A DNA stretch of 62,743 bases, counting the filler, from Asterionella formosa (lineage: Eukaryota), in assembly GCA_002256025.1 (NCBI GenBank). It is 15 parts of 15 records of this genome, joined end to end, with 100 filler letters (N's around TTAATTAATTAA, not from the genome) between each part and the next. Parts side by side here need not be neighbours in the genome. Positions count along the whole stretch, not along the records: positions 1 to 21,979 come from NKIB01002896.1; 14 more parts are not named here. One strand, 5' to 3'. Shown piece after piece: positions 1 through 12,506 of the stretch. Numbering within the stretch: the stretch's first letter is position 1; each line of letters opens with the position of its first letter. The position numbers and the translations under genes were made by a program. A model generated the notes under the pieces. It was not told where the DNA came from and ran no database searches. It worked only from the letters and a program-made list of their open reading frames with translations.

Positions 1-243
1 TAACACTCGTACGTAGACGAAATTTCGAAAAGTCAAATGAATTATTTGAAACATCAACTAATTCAGTCTCGCGTTCAAAATTCATTGTGAAAACTTCACA
101 TGAAACAGTTAAAACTTCACATGAAACCGTTAAAAGTAATCTTTTTTACGTGAAGAGTGGCATTAATGCATGTGAAGTACCACATAATTAACACTCATAC
201 GTAGACGAAATTTCGAAAAGTGGCGTATTTCGCGGCTTAGATG

Positions 244-1630
244 TGCCTCAAGTTTGCTTAGCGTGTGTGTAGTACGTGCACTGTTGACTTGTGTACATTA
301 CAGCAGTGACTTAGCTACTAAAGTGCGTTTATAATATCATACTCTGTAGTACGATGCGGAATACAGTTCCCAATCAACATTGAATGATTGATAAGATGAT
401 AATGTGATATCACGATAGGGTTACTTCGATGCATACATCACCAAAATATGATAGGTAATATTGAATGATGTTTATCACATAGCTATGATATATTGATCAT
501 GAAACCATGATGATTTAATAAAATGTTTATGATATAATTTTCATCAAAATATGATTATGCTAAAAGAATACAACGATAATGAAATACGATAAAATATGTA
601 CGCAAGTGTTATCAATATATCATAGAAAATAAAACAATCAATCATAAAGTATGTTAATTAAAATTTACATTTAACTTTTAAATGTATACAGTAAAAGCAA
701 AAAATTTGATATGATAGTATTATATAGTGAATAGGATCTATGTATATGGATGTGTTGATATCTACATCACCATAATATGATTTGTGATATGGGTTGTTGA
801 TGCATATCACATACCGGTATCCTCCACAACCAGCCTGCACGTTCATCGTCGTGTTGTTTTTCCTTGTTATATATGTATTGTGTAAACATTACGCTGGCGC
901 AACATGCATATTACACTGTACTCTGTTCAACAATTACTACACTCGGTTGCCATCACACCAGTTGCACCTCCACAAGCGCCGCAAAAGCTCCGCGTTTCCC
1001 ATCCACTGTTTTACATCATTCATAGTCTTCTTGCCCTTTGACAACTTTCCAAATGGCATTTCATGGATTTCATGGAAAGGATCCTCAGTCAAACAAGAAA
1101 CAACATGACTTACTTCCGTCGGTTACACTACAAGACTTTATGTTTTCGGAAACAAAGATGAAGAAACTTATGAAATCAATCGAAGATTCATTTGAATACA
1201 TTCAAAGATCAGATGAATTTGAACAGATTCATAATACTCCAGAAAAAATAATGAAGTATGCCGATTCAATAGTTGCAGAGATTGAAAAGAAGGAAAGATT
1301 GCTTTCGAAGAGAAAACCCAAACAGTTGTTCTTCGCAGATGAAGACTCTATTCCTACAGAGTCACAGTTCCATTCAGTGTCGTATTTTGCTTGTTCTCCT
1401 GAAATCGCTGATAATGAAGAAGAATTCATTGATTCTCATTCATTTGATGAACAAAATCATGCGATGAATGAAAATATCGGCGGAAATGTGGCAGACATCA
1501 CTTCGGAAGTACAAATGGTTGAAAAGTTGCAAAACCAAGAAATATATATAACTATTCGTCCAGAACATCAAGATGAACATCATGAAAGCAGAGAAAATAT
1601 TGAATTTCTAAAAGAAAAGATATTCAAGAA
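244..1630 (+). mobile_element. Internal fragment of DNA transposon family B, including 5' part of its ORF (1038/1053..1649)
   Basis: Colinear with 19140..20518; ORF MAFHGFHGKD... also found at 19918 (+) and 52153..52668 (-); similarity ends near 1630. Confidence 0.8.
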
Positions 1631-2600
1631 AAACTCATTTTTAAATTGAAACATATTTGATGAGAATATAATCACCGACTCAAAGCATCATGCTTTCGGA
1701 GCATCGCCCTGCAAGAACTTACCTAAGATTCCTTTAAATTGATTATTCAATACATTCTGACATTCTCTCAACTTTTTAGTGCACGTGCCACCAAATGTTG
1801 ATTTGAGATTGAAGGTTGGATGGCATGTATTTCCTCCTGTTACTTGTACCAACATGAAGTTGATTTGAGCTTTTGTCAAGAAGGAGCGAGATTTTGGCAT
1901 TAACAACATATCAACGCATTTGTGCACAACAAAGTTTTCTTGAGTAAGTAGTTGTGATCATAAAGCTGGTGACATCTAATGTTGAAGACAATGCAATGAT
2001 ACAAAACAAAGGTGGTAGTTTCACCAACATGTTTTTCTTATAGACAGGTCTGTTGTCTCTAAATAGGTTTTTAAAAAGTTACTGCCAAGCTCATTTGAGA
2101 GTCACTACTAGCTTTGTTGTGTTAATTGATTTTAAGGGTATCAAATCAATGTTGACTGATGATTACTATGTACTCTGGTCTTAAAAAGTACTACAGGTTT
2201 TACATTGACAAGGCAGCCTCATCAAAAATCTCGGGGAAACTAGCAAAACAACAAGTTTTAGCTTCAATAGTGAACCCGGACAACTGAAATTTTTTGAGTT
2301 ATACCGGTTCGGGCATTGTTGTATGTGATGCATATACCAGTGTTTCGTCATGCTCCTGAAGAACTCTGTCTGTTGTTTTTTATTGCGAGGAGGGTTGTCT
2401 TTTCGAAGGGGCTAATTAATTCAAACCAGGATATGTGCGGCATTCCTTTTTGTCGGTTGTACTTTTTACAGTGACCACAATATGCAATGATTATTGTTAT
2501 ATGGAATATCGGTACAAGATTCAGTTGCGGATGACTTGCCTTGTCCTCTACCCTCTGAGAATAAGAGAAAGAATAGCCATTCCATTTACCATTTGTCAAC

Positions 2601-4915
2601 ATGTCAAATCAGGAATATGAGCAGGTAAGCGACATGAGCCATGAACTGCAGAAGTCATTGACATAAAATGTATTTCACAAACCGTCACTCACTCCTGACT
2701 GCTAGATCCGCGCCGTCATAGACATGCACCAGGCGCCTCGCTTCGGCCACTCATCAAGTATTGCCTTGCTGATATCGCCTTACCGAGATGATCAACATGA
2801 CTACATCAACGGGGTAAGTCGAAGTATAAGGTGTGTACTTCTATTGAAGCAATTGACGTGACATTCTTATTCACCCACAAATTCCAGATTTTGTCATTTG
2901 CCTTTTTTCTATTCATGATACTCTTTATGTGGGGTGTTCTGCTGCTTGGCTTCAAGTGTTTGGGACATGAAAGAGTAGGATGTGCTGCTGGAGGCAGCAT
3001 TTTGGACGTAGAAGAGATGGGTCACGATCCGATTTTGAAACCACGATTGAGAGCGATCATTCAACGAAGCTGGCGGATTCAAGTAGCATTCTTCTTGACA
3101 GCATTTTTGATTCCGATAGCGTCAGGATTTTTTCTAGTGAAAGGACTGCAGACTGTAAATAAGGCACTTCTTGAAATTCAAAATATCAATGGGGTACGTA
3201 CCGATACCTGCACTGCAAAGATTTCCTCTCGTACATCTGGTTGGTTTTCTCACACCAAACCTGCACACCTGCAGGACATTGAATCCGTTGTCTTCCGAGC
3301 AATAGATGTCACAAACTCTTTGATTAAAGCACGAAGTAATATAGCGAGAACAGATATTCATGCAATCGCGAATATTGAAGGGTTTTGTACCGGCAATTCC
3401 ACTATCTTTGCGAACGCATCGATCCCTAGCAACCTAGGACCGAACGACACCGGCAACGATGTTAAGCTCGCTTTCAAGGATTTGGACGTATTTTTAGATG
3501 TTGACTTATCTGGAGCAACGAGGGCACTAAACAACATTGTTTCAGTAACGCAGTCAGTTGACGATTCTGTCAGTTTTGTTTTCAAAAACGATTGGTTGCT
3601 CAAGATGTTTATCCTCTGTCTCAACGTCATTGTCGGATTCTTTTTTGTTGCCATCTGTTTATCCAAATCTAACTTCGTTCATTATCCATTCCATGCCATG
3701 TTAGCATATATGTTGGTTCCGGTTTTTTGCATTCAGGTGGTATTGGCGTCTCTGTCCACAATTAGTTTTGGAATTGCAACAGTTGCGAACGCAGATTTTT
3801 GCGCTGGAGGTGACTTCCCAGGAAGCCCTAGAGGGACCATGCAGGATGTGGTTCGACTTCACAATATGAGCAAGCACGATCCTATTTTCGATTCTTTCCA
3901 GTATTATGTTGGGGTAAGAGGCGGTGACGACGTTACTGTTCATCTATTCGTTTAGCTCTAACCTTGTGTTGTCCTTGAACAGGATTGCATGACTGAAAAT
4001 CCATTGCATTTCATTCAACCCTACCAAGCTCAGCTGCAATCCATTGTTGGTGTTGCCACCACCTTTCTGAAAACTGTCGATGACTTTGGGGTGGACTCTG
4101 TCAGCAAAGAATGCGGAACCAACGTTAAGCCGGTGGTCACCGCAGTCCAATATTTACTTGAAAATCTAGATATTATTCAAGGTAATGTGGCATCTGCTTT
4201 GACATTGTCGGATTGCTCCACAATTGCTCCCATTTTGAGGAGAATTTTAATCGGGGATTCTTGCGCCAACGCTACCACTGGGCTAACTTGGATGTTTTCA
4301 AGTTTGCTCGCTGTTTCGCTATTGGGAATGACTTTGCTTTCACTACGAGCGGCATTGTACAATGCCACGATTCAGGTACCAACGAAGGAGCGAACAGACA
4401 AATGGGAATGGCAAGAGTACAAGGAGTACATGGCCAGTTTCTACAATGACGCACTGCAGTGGAAGTTTTATGCATCCCCCCACAAACAAGGTGATCTGGC
4501 TAATGCACAATCATTTGAGACATGTATCACCACGAGACCATCACTTGACACAGAAGACTATGAAGACGAACCTGAATATAGTAATGACGATCATGGTCGA
4601 TGGGTTCTTCAGGATGAGGCTTTGATGCTCAACAATGACGGAAGTTTTTCAGAAGCTTCAACCTACACAACCCCTGTCAAATTTGCGCAACGGCCGACAA
4701 CAGCGCTCGAGGAGATAGAGGCTGCAATTAGGACACGAGGATTTTATGCGGATGTCATCGACACTGAGATCCAACCATTGGAGCCTATGATGGTTCTAAA
4801 CGTTCGCGGCAAAACACCCCAGGCACCCAGGAAGCTGCTTAAGTCCATTCAACGAACTAGCCTTGGCCTCCTAGCCGACTCAAAAATAGTCAACCGGAAA
4901 CATAACTTGGTTTGA
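2601..4915 (+). CDS. Tweety-like multi-pass membrane protein (multi-exon)
   Basis: ATG 2601, donor GTAAGC 2625, acceptor near 2705, donor GTAAGT near 2814; ORFs 2831..3955 and 3989..4915 with about 5 TM segments and GCAAG, ADFC, DCSTIAP Cys motifs as in Tweety-like proteins; exon boundaries approximate. Confidence 0.6.
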
Positions 4916-4999
4916 TGCTCATGAGCTCAGAAATTAAAATAAGCACTGTTAACAGTTCATGCATTTATTTTATATCTATAGGAACTCGCTCTAATATCT

Positions 5000-5948
5000 G
5001 TACTATGAAGGGTCCAGAGTTGAGTTTGGTATTCCCACTGAGTTTGGCCTTCTTTCCAAACTAACAGAGCTATCGCTTCAAAGTGATTCCCAGGAGTTTG
5101 ATGCATTCCCATCTGCACTAGGCATGTTGACTGACCTCGAAACACTACGCTTTGTTGGTTCCAAAAGTGGGAGGTTCTCCAAACTGAAGTTGGAATATTG
5201 TCAAATCTTCAAGTTCTGGACTTGTCCTTAAATAATTTTGAGGGTTCATCAATTCCGTCTGAGATTGGAAATCTCAGCAAACTTGCATACTTGGATTTGT
5301 CCTACTGCACCTTAATTGGTGATTTGCCAAGCAATGTGCTCGAGCTTCCTAATCTCATGGTTCTTAAATTTAAGGTAAACAGACCAGAAAAATTGCCTTC
5401 TGGGATCTTCAACAATAAGTCAAAAATCGAGCACTTGGACACCATGTCAGCAAACAGTCTGTCAGACATTGGGTTTTATGAAGACTTTTCCAATGGTACA
5501 GTTGTCTGGAAAAGTGAATTGGCCAACCTGGAAAAGATTGGACTTTTAAGTGCCCTTACGTATCTTGATTTGAGCAACAACAATTTCACTGATTTGGAAA
5601 TATCTACTGAAATTGGCAACTTGACCAACCTTCAACATTTGGACTTTTATAATGCCAAAGTTGTGGTCACAATCCCAAAGGAAATTTTCCTGCTAACGAT
5701 CCTCTCATACCTTGACATGAGCTCAAATAATTTAATTGGAGCAGTCCCGCCCCTCAGATCTGTCAGGGCTGACGTCCCTCCTGTACACGTTGATGTTGGT
5801 CTCTAACTATTTGAGCGGAACCATCGATTGCAGTCTCTATCCAGTTCTTCAAATATCTGCTGACTGTTTGGACAAAGTCAATTGCACTGGTGGTTGTTGT
5901 TTTATTAATTTTTATACTGAAGGCAATTTCGCTACGGTTTATTGTTAG
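5000..5948 (+). pseudogene. Leucine-rich repeat protein fragment (plant-type IPxEIGxL LRRs), frameshifted and 5'-truncated
   Basis: Repeats IPTEFGLLSKL, IPSEIGNLSKLAYLDLS, ISTEIGNLTNLQHLD; frame change near 5750 into a Cys cap ISADC...CTGGCC typical of diatom LRR proteins. Confidence 0.7.
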
Positions 5949-6111
5949 GTTTGCGATTGGCACACTGCTATAGAGCACTATAAATGAATTTTATAGAGTG
6001 TAATGTTCCTGTCTATGAAACCCTATGCATATTGATTCATTGGGGTGATGTTTATGGTCAGGTCATGTGATGGATTATTGTTGTGAAGGATCACTTCACT
6101 GGCTTGTGCTA

Positions 6112-6858
6112 TTTAATGATGAGAGCAGCTTTTCCCTCTATTGATGGAAACAAAGATGCTGGCAAGTTCAACAGTGAATACAAGAAAACATCCCAAATGC
6201 GGAAATGAGCGATGTGAAAAAATTTCGTAATCAGAATCATTCTATAACAATGTGGAAAGTCTCTTACATTTTCATATCTCCTTCTATGCTGAATCTCAAT
6301 TGTAGATGCAGTATGTGAGGCTTAAAAATGTCAAGGGGAACAAGTAGATTGTGTTTGTTTATGATTTGATTGGCTAGATTGTAATGCTGGTCAACACAAC
6401 AGATCATGTACTATGTGCTCTGTGTGCTGAGCCATTCTGATTTCATGTGATTTCTTCTCCATAAACTCTTAATTGAGTGATTATTAATGTAAGGTGCCCT
6501 GCACATGATGATTACTCAAAGATATAGTGATCACTTGACCAACAAGCAATTGAAGATGTTATTGCAGACAATCATTCCACTCATCATCACTAGTATTTGG
6601 TCGTTATTGCAAAAATCGAAGTTAGGACTCCTGATGAAGATGATGATGAGCCAAAGTACATTACTTGAGCTGGTACATTATTCTACCAAGAAATTTAAAT
6701 ACGGGAACCTAATAGAAATAATACATATAGTAATTAACTATACGTAGTCAAAAGGGTTACTATTTAATTTACGATGGCATTTATCAGAATTAATAGATGA
6801 TATCAAAAAATTATGATCAGATGATCATAGGAATATGATGATTTTTATTTGCAGACAA
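6112..6858 (-). mobile_element. Terminal fragment of DNA transposon family B
   Basis: Reverse complement matches 18030..18830; terminus reads TA|TTGTCTGCAAATAAAAA (CCG decayed to TTG). Confidence 0.8.
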
Positions 6859-6860
6859 TA

Positions 6861-7464
6861 GCAGCGCCAATCTTGTGCCACACTTGTGCATTTTGGATTT
6901 GTCGGCTCACTAGCATGGCGGCATAACATGGTGGTAAGTAGATGATCTTTTGTACAGTAGTGAGGTCGGTGTATTGACCGTAAAGGAGGTTCCCAGCAGC
7001 ATTGGCTATTGGGCCCATGAACTCCCCATTATCGTCAGAGTGCTTCTCCCAATTTACTAGGGCTTCATCTATGGTTGGGAGTGTAGGAGCGTACACCAAA
7101 CCGGCCACAGCAAATAACTCAGGATCGATGTGTACCAAAGGTATCTGGTTGGCGGTGATGTCTCCATTGATTCGGGGTAGCGGAAAATACAGTGCACACA
7201 AGTGATGTTTACCAGGTCATTTACGCGAAGCGGGACAGCGAAAGCTTGATGCATGGTTTCGCTGCCACTGACTACCTTGCTTGCCAATTGTTTGATGGTG
7301 AGTGCCTCCGGAACCAGCGCGGTAGTGATCTCATAGATGCGCCGGTAATTGCCATCAAGAAAATCGAAATCGTGGTCTTGGAAGCGCTTGGCGCAATCGC
7401 CAGTGATTGTCATTTCAAGCTTTGGTAAATAGTAAAACAGAAGACCGTGTCTGGATTGTGACAT
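6861..7464 (-). mobile_element. Degenerate ORF remnant, probably retroelement ORF1/gag-like, interrupted by family B
   Basis: Broken ORFs 7069..7464 and 6845..7201 with protein-like composition; cut exactly at the family B terminus; family identity is only an impression. Confidence 0.3.
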
Positions 7465-7754
7465 GTCACGATAGTTTGAACCATTGTAAATGATTGTAAA
7501 AGTCGACTGTGAAGGAGAAGTGCAGTGGCGCAGAATTGAAGCAATCGAGAGGGGTAAGTAAAGCTTTTTCGGACCCCCTGTTTTGGTGTATTAATGCAAT
7601 GTTATCCTTCCATAGGCTCCTGAGCTTGCTTTGGTACTCAGCACTGCTAGAGTCAATCTTCCGTTTTAACAAGGTTGCTTTCGGAGTCAGCGGTTTTGAT
7701 GAAATAATGATTTTTTTATACTTTTCAACTGCTGGAGCAAGGTTGGGGTGTTTT

Positions 7755-8024
7755 GTGATAGGGATTGCTGAAGGCAATCCCAGGGCTGGAAAACCGAGGG
7801 GCAATTGGCGTCTGTTGTCTTGCCAAAATGCGAACATATGAAATACACAAAATATTTTTAATGATGGGCAATATCGGACCTTTGGCAATTTTCGAGGTGA
7901 AGATAGGAAATATACAAAATATATTTTATATGATGGGCAATAGTAGGCTAAAATTGACATTTATGCTAAATTTGTGGGCAGTAGGTAAGCGAATGACTCG
8001 ACGATAGCTAGAGCGGGAATTGCC
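7755..8024 (-). mobile_element. End of TIR element family C (GGCAATT termini)
   Basis: About 250 bp inverted copy of 8144..8395; ends CGATAGCTAGAGCGGGAATTGCC. Confidence 0.7.
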
Positions 8025-8143
8025 TCAACAATACCCTTCTAGCGCCGGGGGCGCCACTCGTACGGTCAACCTACTCGCGCCACCCAGCCTCGAACACATG
8101 TATACTCGTAGGCAAGAGACCACCTCGGGCGTGTATTGCCTGC

Positions 8144-10065
8144 AGCAATTCACAAACTAGCTATTGTCGCGCCATTTGCTTACCTTCTTCCCACTCATGG
8201 AGTGTAAATGTCAATTTTAGCTCGCTATAGCCCATCATGTAAAATATATTTCGTACATTTCCTATCTTTACATCGAAATTTGCAATGGGTCCGATATTGC
8301 CCATCATTAAAATATATTTTGTATATTTCCTATATTCGCATTTTGGCATTACAATTTGTTGCAATTGCCCCTCGGTTATCCAGCCCTGTGATTGCCGAAA
8401 TTGGCAAGGGGTCTACTTAAGGAAACAATTTTATAGACTCTACAGATTTTAATATTTTATATCTAGAACTCACCTCGTTTTTGTTCGTCTCCTGAAAAGT
8501 GGACTCCGCCAATTCACCTTTCACCATGCCGATTGTCGTCCATCACGACCGGTTTGAAGCGAAATCAGTTCACTGATGACGCCAGTAGCAATTCATTGTC
8601 TAACGGATGCGGTTGGTTGTTGTATTGCTTGTCTTCTCGAGGGATTCATGTTGTCGCATCGTCCATATTTCGTCGGATGAACGATGATATCGATACGTCT
8701 GGTGTTGGTGGCAAGTTTTTGCTCCGGTCATGTATGTAATGATGCTGGATACTCGACCGGTAGTCACCTAGTCTACATACGTAGTACGTGGTACTAAAAA
8801 AACCATGCATGGTCTAACCTAAACTTTAAGACTTACTTTGAACACGTTATAATATTATCTCTGTAGACTCGGTATTGTTTTTACGAGACCAGAATGTTAA
8901 ATTTGATCGTTCACATATTGATTGATTTTACGTACCGTATGCCCGATTTCGTCCTCACAATTATAATTCTCACTCTATCCTGCCTGCCGTTGCTCAATTC
9001 GGGCTTGCAACAGGAACTTTCGACTTTCTCATGAGCCCATTGTCTGCTGTGTGTTACGCTTGTTAGAGCGGATATGTGAGTACAATAGTGAAACACTGAA
9101 TGTGATCGTAGATACTAATTGTCGAAGTTCCGATTTGATTTCTTCCATGGTCCATTTTGATCGCTTCGATCGTTGTTTGTCGTTCCACCCTGTTGTTTTG
9201 TTTCGATAGTATATATCTATATAAGAACAAGTGTTTTTCCCGATGACTACTCTTTGACGACATATTGTTGTTGATCGTATTTGTTGATTTGTATAGTCGT
9301 TTAGCTACCATGATGTCAATATTGCCGCCAAGCAATGCTTTTCTTGTTCTAACTCACTTTGCTACATTTCTACTACGATTTCGTTTCACAAGCTACATAA
9401 ATACTCATCTAGAGAGAGTCAATAGTGCTGGAGCAGCATGGCGATCACGCTTGCTCAGAATGGAATGATCAGGGTTGCTTGTTTGGTGCTGGGCGGAGGA
9501 ATGACTGTGGCGGAAATACTGCTATGGTGTCAGGCTACTACAGCGATGCGCATGGTTGCAGAAACCAGGCCATTTACGCTACATAATGATGCAGGTCTAA
9601 ATTGGGTTCAGCTTTTTTTCTTCTTCTTTCGGTCTTTGATTGTGTGGTGATGGAAAGTCAAGCAATGTTGCCTATGTAAGTACTAGTACAATGATTCACA
9701 ATGCATGCGTCTCCATTGAAACTCCTATTTTTCACTTCATTTCTAACCCAAAACATTTTTTCTATTTCTTATTTGATGCAACTTATTACATCGCATTTCA
9801 TACTTTGGTTGCTCCAAACATTATGTTCAATTTTCATTGATGTTGCATGTTGTTACAATCGTTCTCGTGTGTTTTATGCTTGTTGTACCATCCGATGCAT
9901 ATTACCATTATTCTGACTGTCATGCTTAAAATCGGCAATTTTTATGCCAAAAAATTCGATGTGCCACATATTGCCCTTACATAAAAATTACTTAAGAAAT
10001 TACTTACAGCTAAAATAACTTAGAAGTACCCAAATGACAAGACGATAGCTGGAGCGGGAATTGCT
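8144..10065 (+). mobile_element. Non-autonomous TIR element family C, about 1.9 kb
   Basis: Left AGCAATTCACAAACTAGCTATTGTC and right GACGATAGCTGGAGCGGGAATTGCT form imperfect TIRs; ends shared with 25139..27393 and 57450..57613; no clear TSD. Confidence 0.7.
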
Positions 10066-11208
10066 GCCGTAGTTGCGACGTCACTCACAGTAAATTGTAT
10101 CAGTACCCCAGATACCAGGTGAGCGATCTCGCTCAACTAGCAGACACACCTATAGAGTTCGGTCTACATAGATATATCAGAACTCTATCAGGAGAGAACT
10201 CGACTAAAACCTATTTGAATACTTTAGTGTCAACCAAGGAGATTGGTTCACACACAAGGATTAACAAATAAGCTCATATATTCAACAAATACTACTACTT
10301 CTAGTTAGATACTTCACTTTGAATTCAAAAAGAGTCAAATTAGAATTAACAATATTGATGTATTCTCAAGTCCCAGTCGTGGTTCCATTGACCCAGGGTT
10401 TCAACCTACTAAACATCATGAATAGCACCTTTCATACATTCATACCAGTTCGACATCTTGAGTCTTTCAAGCAAGCAAGATGAGATTGATGGAAGCTCCG
10501 CAGAAGCTTTGTTGAGTGCAGTGAGTTAATTCCATGACATTGCTTGCCTAACCTCCAGCAAGAAATACCTTTTTCCTACTCCAACGGTGCCTTTACAGAA
10601 ATCGCCTTGTACAACTTCTAGTTACCGGTAGGTACTTCACCAGGTACCTAGTACCTGGTACTGTTTGCATAATTAATAGCGACCGGTAATATTTTGCTGT
10701 TGCTCCGCCAACTGTCTACGTGGTACTTCTGATACAGTATCTTATTATGTTGGTGCCAGATATCTAGAAACTACGGGAACAAATACATACATACCTGTAC
10801 CGGGGTACCTGGTACTGGTACCAGTTGCATCCTACTGCTTGCATCGAACATAGTACCTGGTAATTAATAAGCAGTAAGTACATGTGCACATTTGCTTTTC
10901 TGTTCGCCTGACGACTCGAAGAAAGCCGTTGATTTTAATTTTTCTTGATTTCCTGTTTACCGTATAGTAGCTATTCATAGAGTATAATCCGTACCTTGTA
11001 CTACAAGGTACCAGTACGCTGATATCTATGACGCTCTTGTGTGTACATTATGCATTTATTTTATATGTGGAAGCCGCAGTCAACAATAACTTCATGCATA
11101 GAGTGAGCAAAATCCCGGCTCACAAAGAAAGTCCGCATCCACAATCTCACTATTGATCCATCAACCTTTTCCTGTCATCTCTCCGTCCTTCTCCCATCCA
11201 AGGTCAAC

Positions 11209-12315
11209 ATGTCAGAAATGTCAACATTCACTCTCCCTCCTGGAGAAGGCAAGAAGGTCTGTGTCGGTGGAGGAGCTGGGTTCATCGGTTCTCATATCGC
11301 CAAGCGCCTCAAGGCTAGCGGCTACTTGGTCACTGTTGTTGACTGGAAGACAAATGAGTTCATGGAGAACGATGAGTTCTGCGATGAATTCATCCTCGGA
11401 GATCTTCGAAAACTCGAAGTTGCGTGCAATGCTTGCGTAGGATGTGTTCAGGTCTACAATCTTGCTGCCGATATGGGTGGTATGGGATTCATCGTTTCAA
11501 ACGAGTCTGTTCTTGCGTTCAACAACACAGCTATCTCCATGAACATGCTCGAGGCTGCTCGTCGTGCCGGTGTCAAGGACTTCTTCTATGCGTCTTCTGC
11601 ATGTGTTTACAACGAGGCAAAGCAAGAAGATCCTGCCAACCCCGGTCTCATCGAGTCTGATGCCTGGCCAGCTCGTCCTCAAGACATGTATGGCCTTGAG
11701 AAACTCTACGCTGAAGAGATGGCTCTTGCTTATGGACGTGATTTTGACCTCAATATCCGTATTGCTCGCTTCCACAATATCTATGGACCTCGCGGGACCT
11801 GGAAAGGAGGACGCGAGAAGGCCCCTGCAGCCTTTTGCCGTAAGGCTATTACCGCAACTGAGCATTTCGAGATGTGGGGCGATGGTTTGCAGACCCGTTC
11901 CTTTACTTTCATCGACGACTGTGTTGAGGGCGTTCTTCGACTCATGTTCTCTCAGTGTGACGTGCCGATCAACCTTGGATCTACTGAGATGGTTGATATG
12001 ATCGAGTTTGCGAACATCGCTCTCTCATTCGAGGACAAGAAGCTTCCCATTAAGCACATTGATGGCCCTATGGGAGTGAGAGGGCGCAACTCCAACAACG
12101 TCCTCATCATGGAGAAGCTTGGTTGGGAGCCTACTATCAAGATCAGTGAAGGTTTGAGAAAGACTTACATGTGGATCAAGGAAGAAATCGAGAGGGAAAA
12201 CGCCGCTGGCAAGGACACTGCCAGCTATGGTGTCTCTGAGATTGTTCAACAGGTGGATGATACGCTCATGCAACTTGGACAGGGCACTTCCACTGCCGTT
12301 GATGATGCCAAATAA
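11209..12315 (+). CDS. GME: GDP-mannose 3',5'-epimerase
   Basis: Intact 368-aa ORF; GGAGFIGSH, NLAADMGGMGFI, FYASSACVY, AWPARPQDMYGLEKL, RFHNIYGP.GTWKGGREKAPAAFCRK, GVRGRNS are GME signature motifs. Confidence 0.95.
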   Translation: MSEMSTFTLPPGEGKKVCVGGGAGFIGSHIAKRLKASGYLVTVVDWKTNEFMENDEFCDEFILGDLRKLEVACNACVGCVQVYNLAADMGGMGFIVSNESVLAFNNTAISMNMLEAARRAGVKDFFYASSACVYNEAKQEDPANPGLIESDAWPARPQDMYGLEKLYAEEMALAYGRDFDLNIRIARFHNIYGPRGTWKGGREKAPAAFCRKAITATEHFEMWGDGLQTRSFTFIDDCVEGVLRLMFSQCDVPINLGSTEMVDMIEFANIALSFEDKKLPIKHIDGPMGVRGRNSNNVLIMEKLGWEPTIKISEGLRKTYMWIKEEIERENAAGKDTASYGVSEIVQQVDDTLMQLGQGTSTAVDDAK

Positions 12316-12506
12316 ATCGTCGTGGTCCCATGATTTTGGGTGTGATAAATAAGCTCAGTAGGCATAAGGTTAGCTTGAATGCCCATTCTGTCCATTCGAG
12401 GTAGTGCGCTAGAGGCGGATGCTAATTCGAGCGCATGTATAGTGTGATTATCGTCTAAAGACTGCTAGATTGTATGGGGACACACAAGAAATGCTACGTC
12501 GTAGTC

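Noticed and set aside
1..222. 33-bp direct repeat (1 and 189) and a 22-bp tandem AAAACTTCACATGAAAC repeat
   Set aside because: Probably internal repeats of the adjacent family B fragment at a contig edge; no independent function supportable
10075..10352. Possible solo LTR right of family C
   Set aside because: No clean TG...CA pair, TSD or second copy in the window
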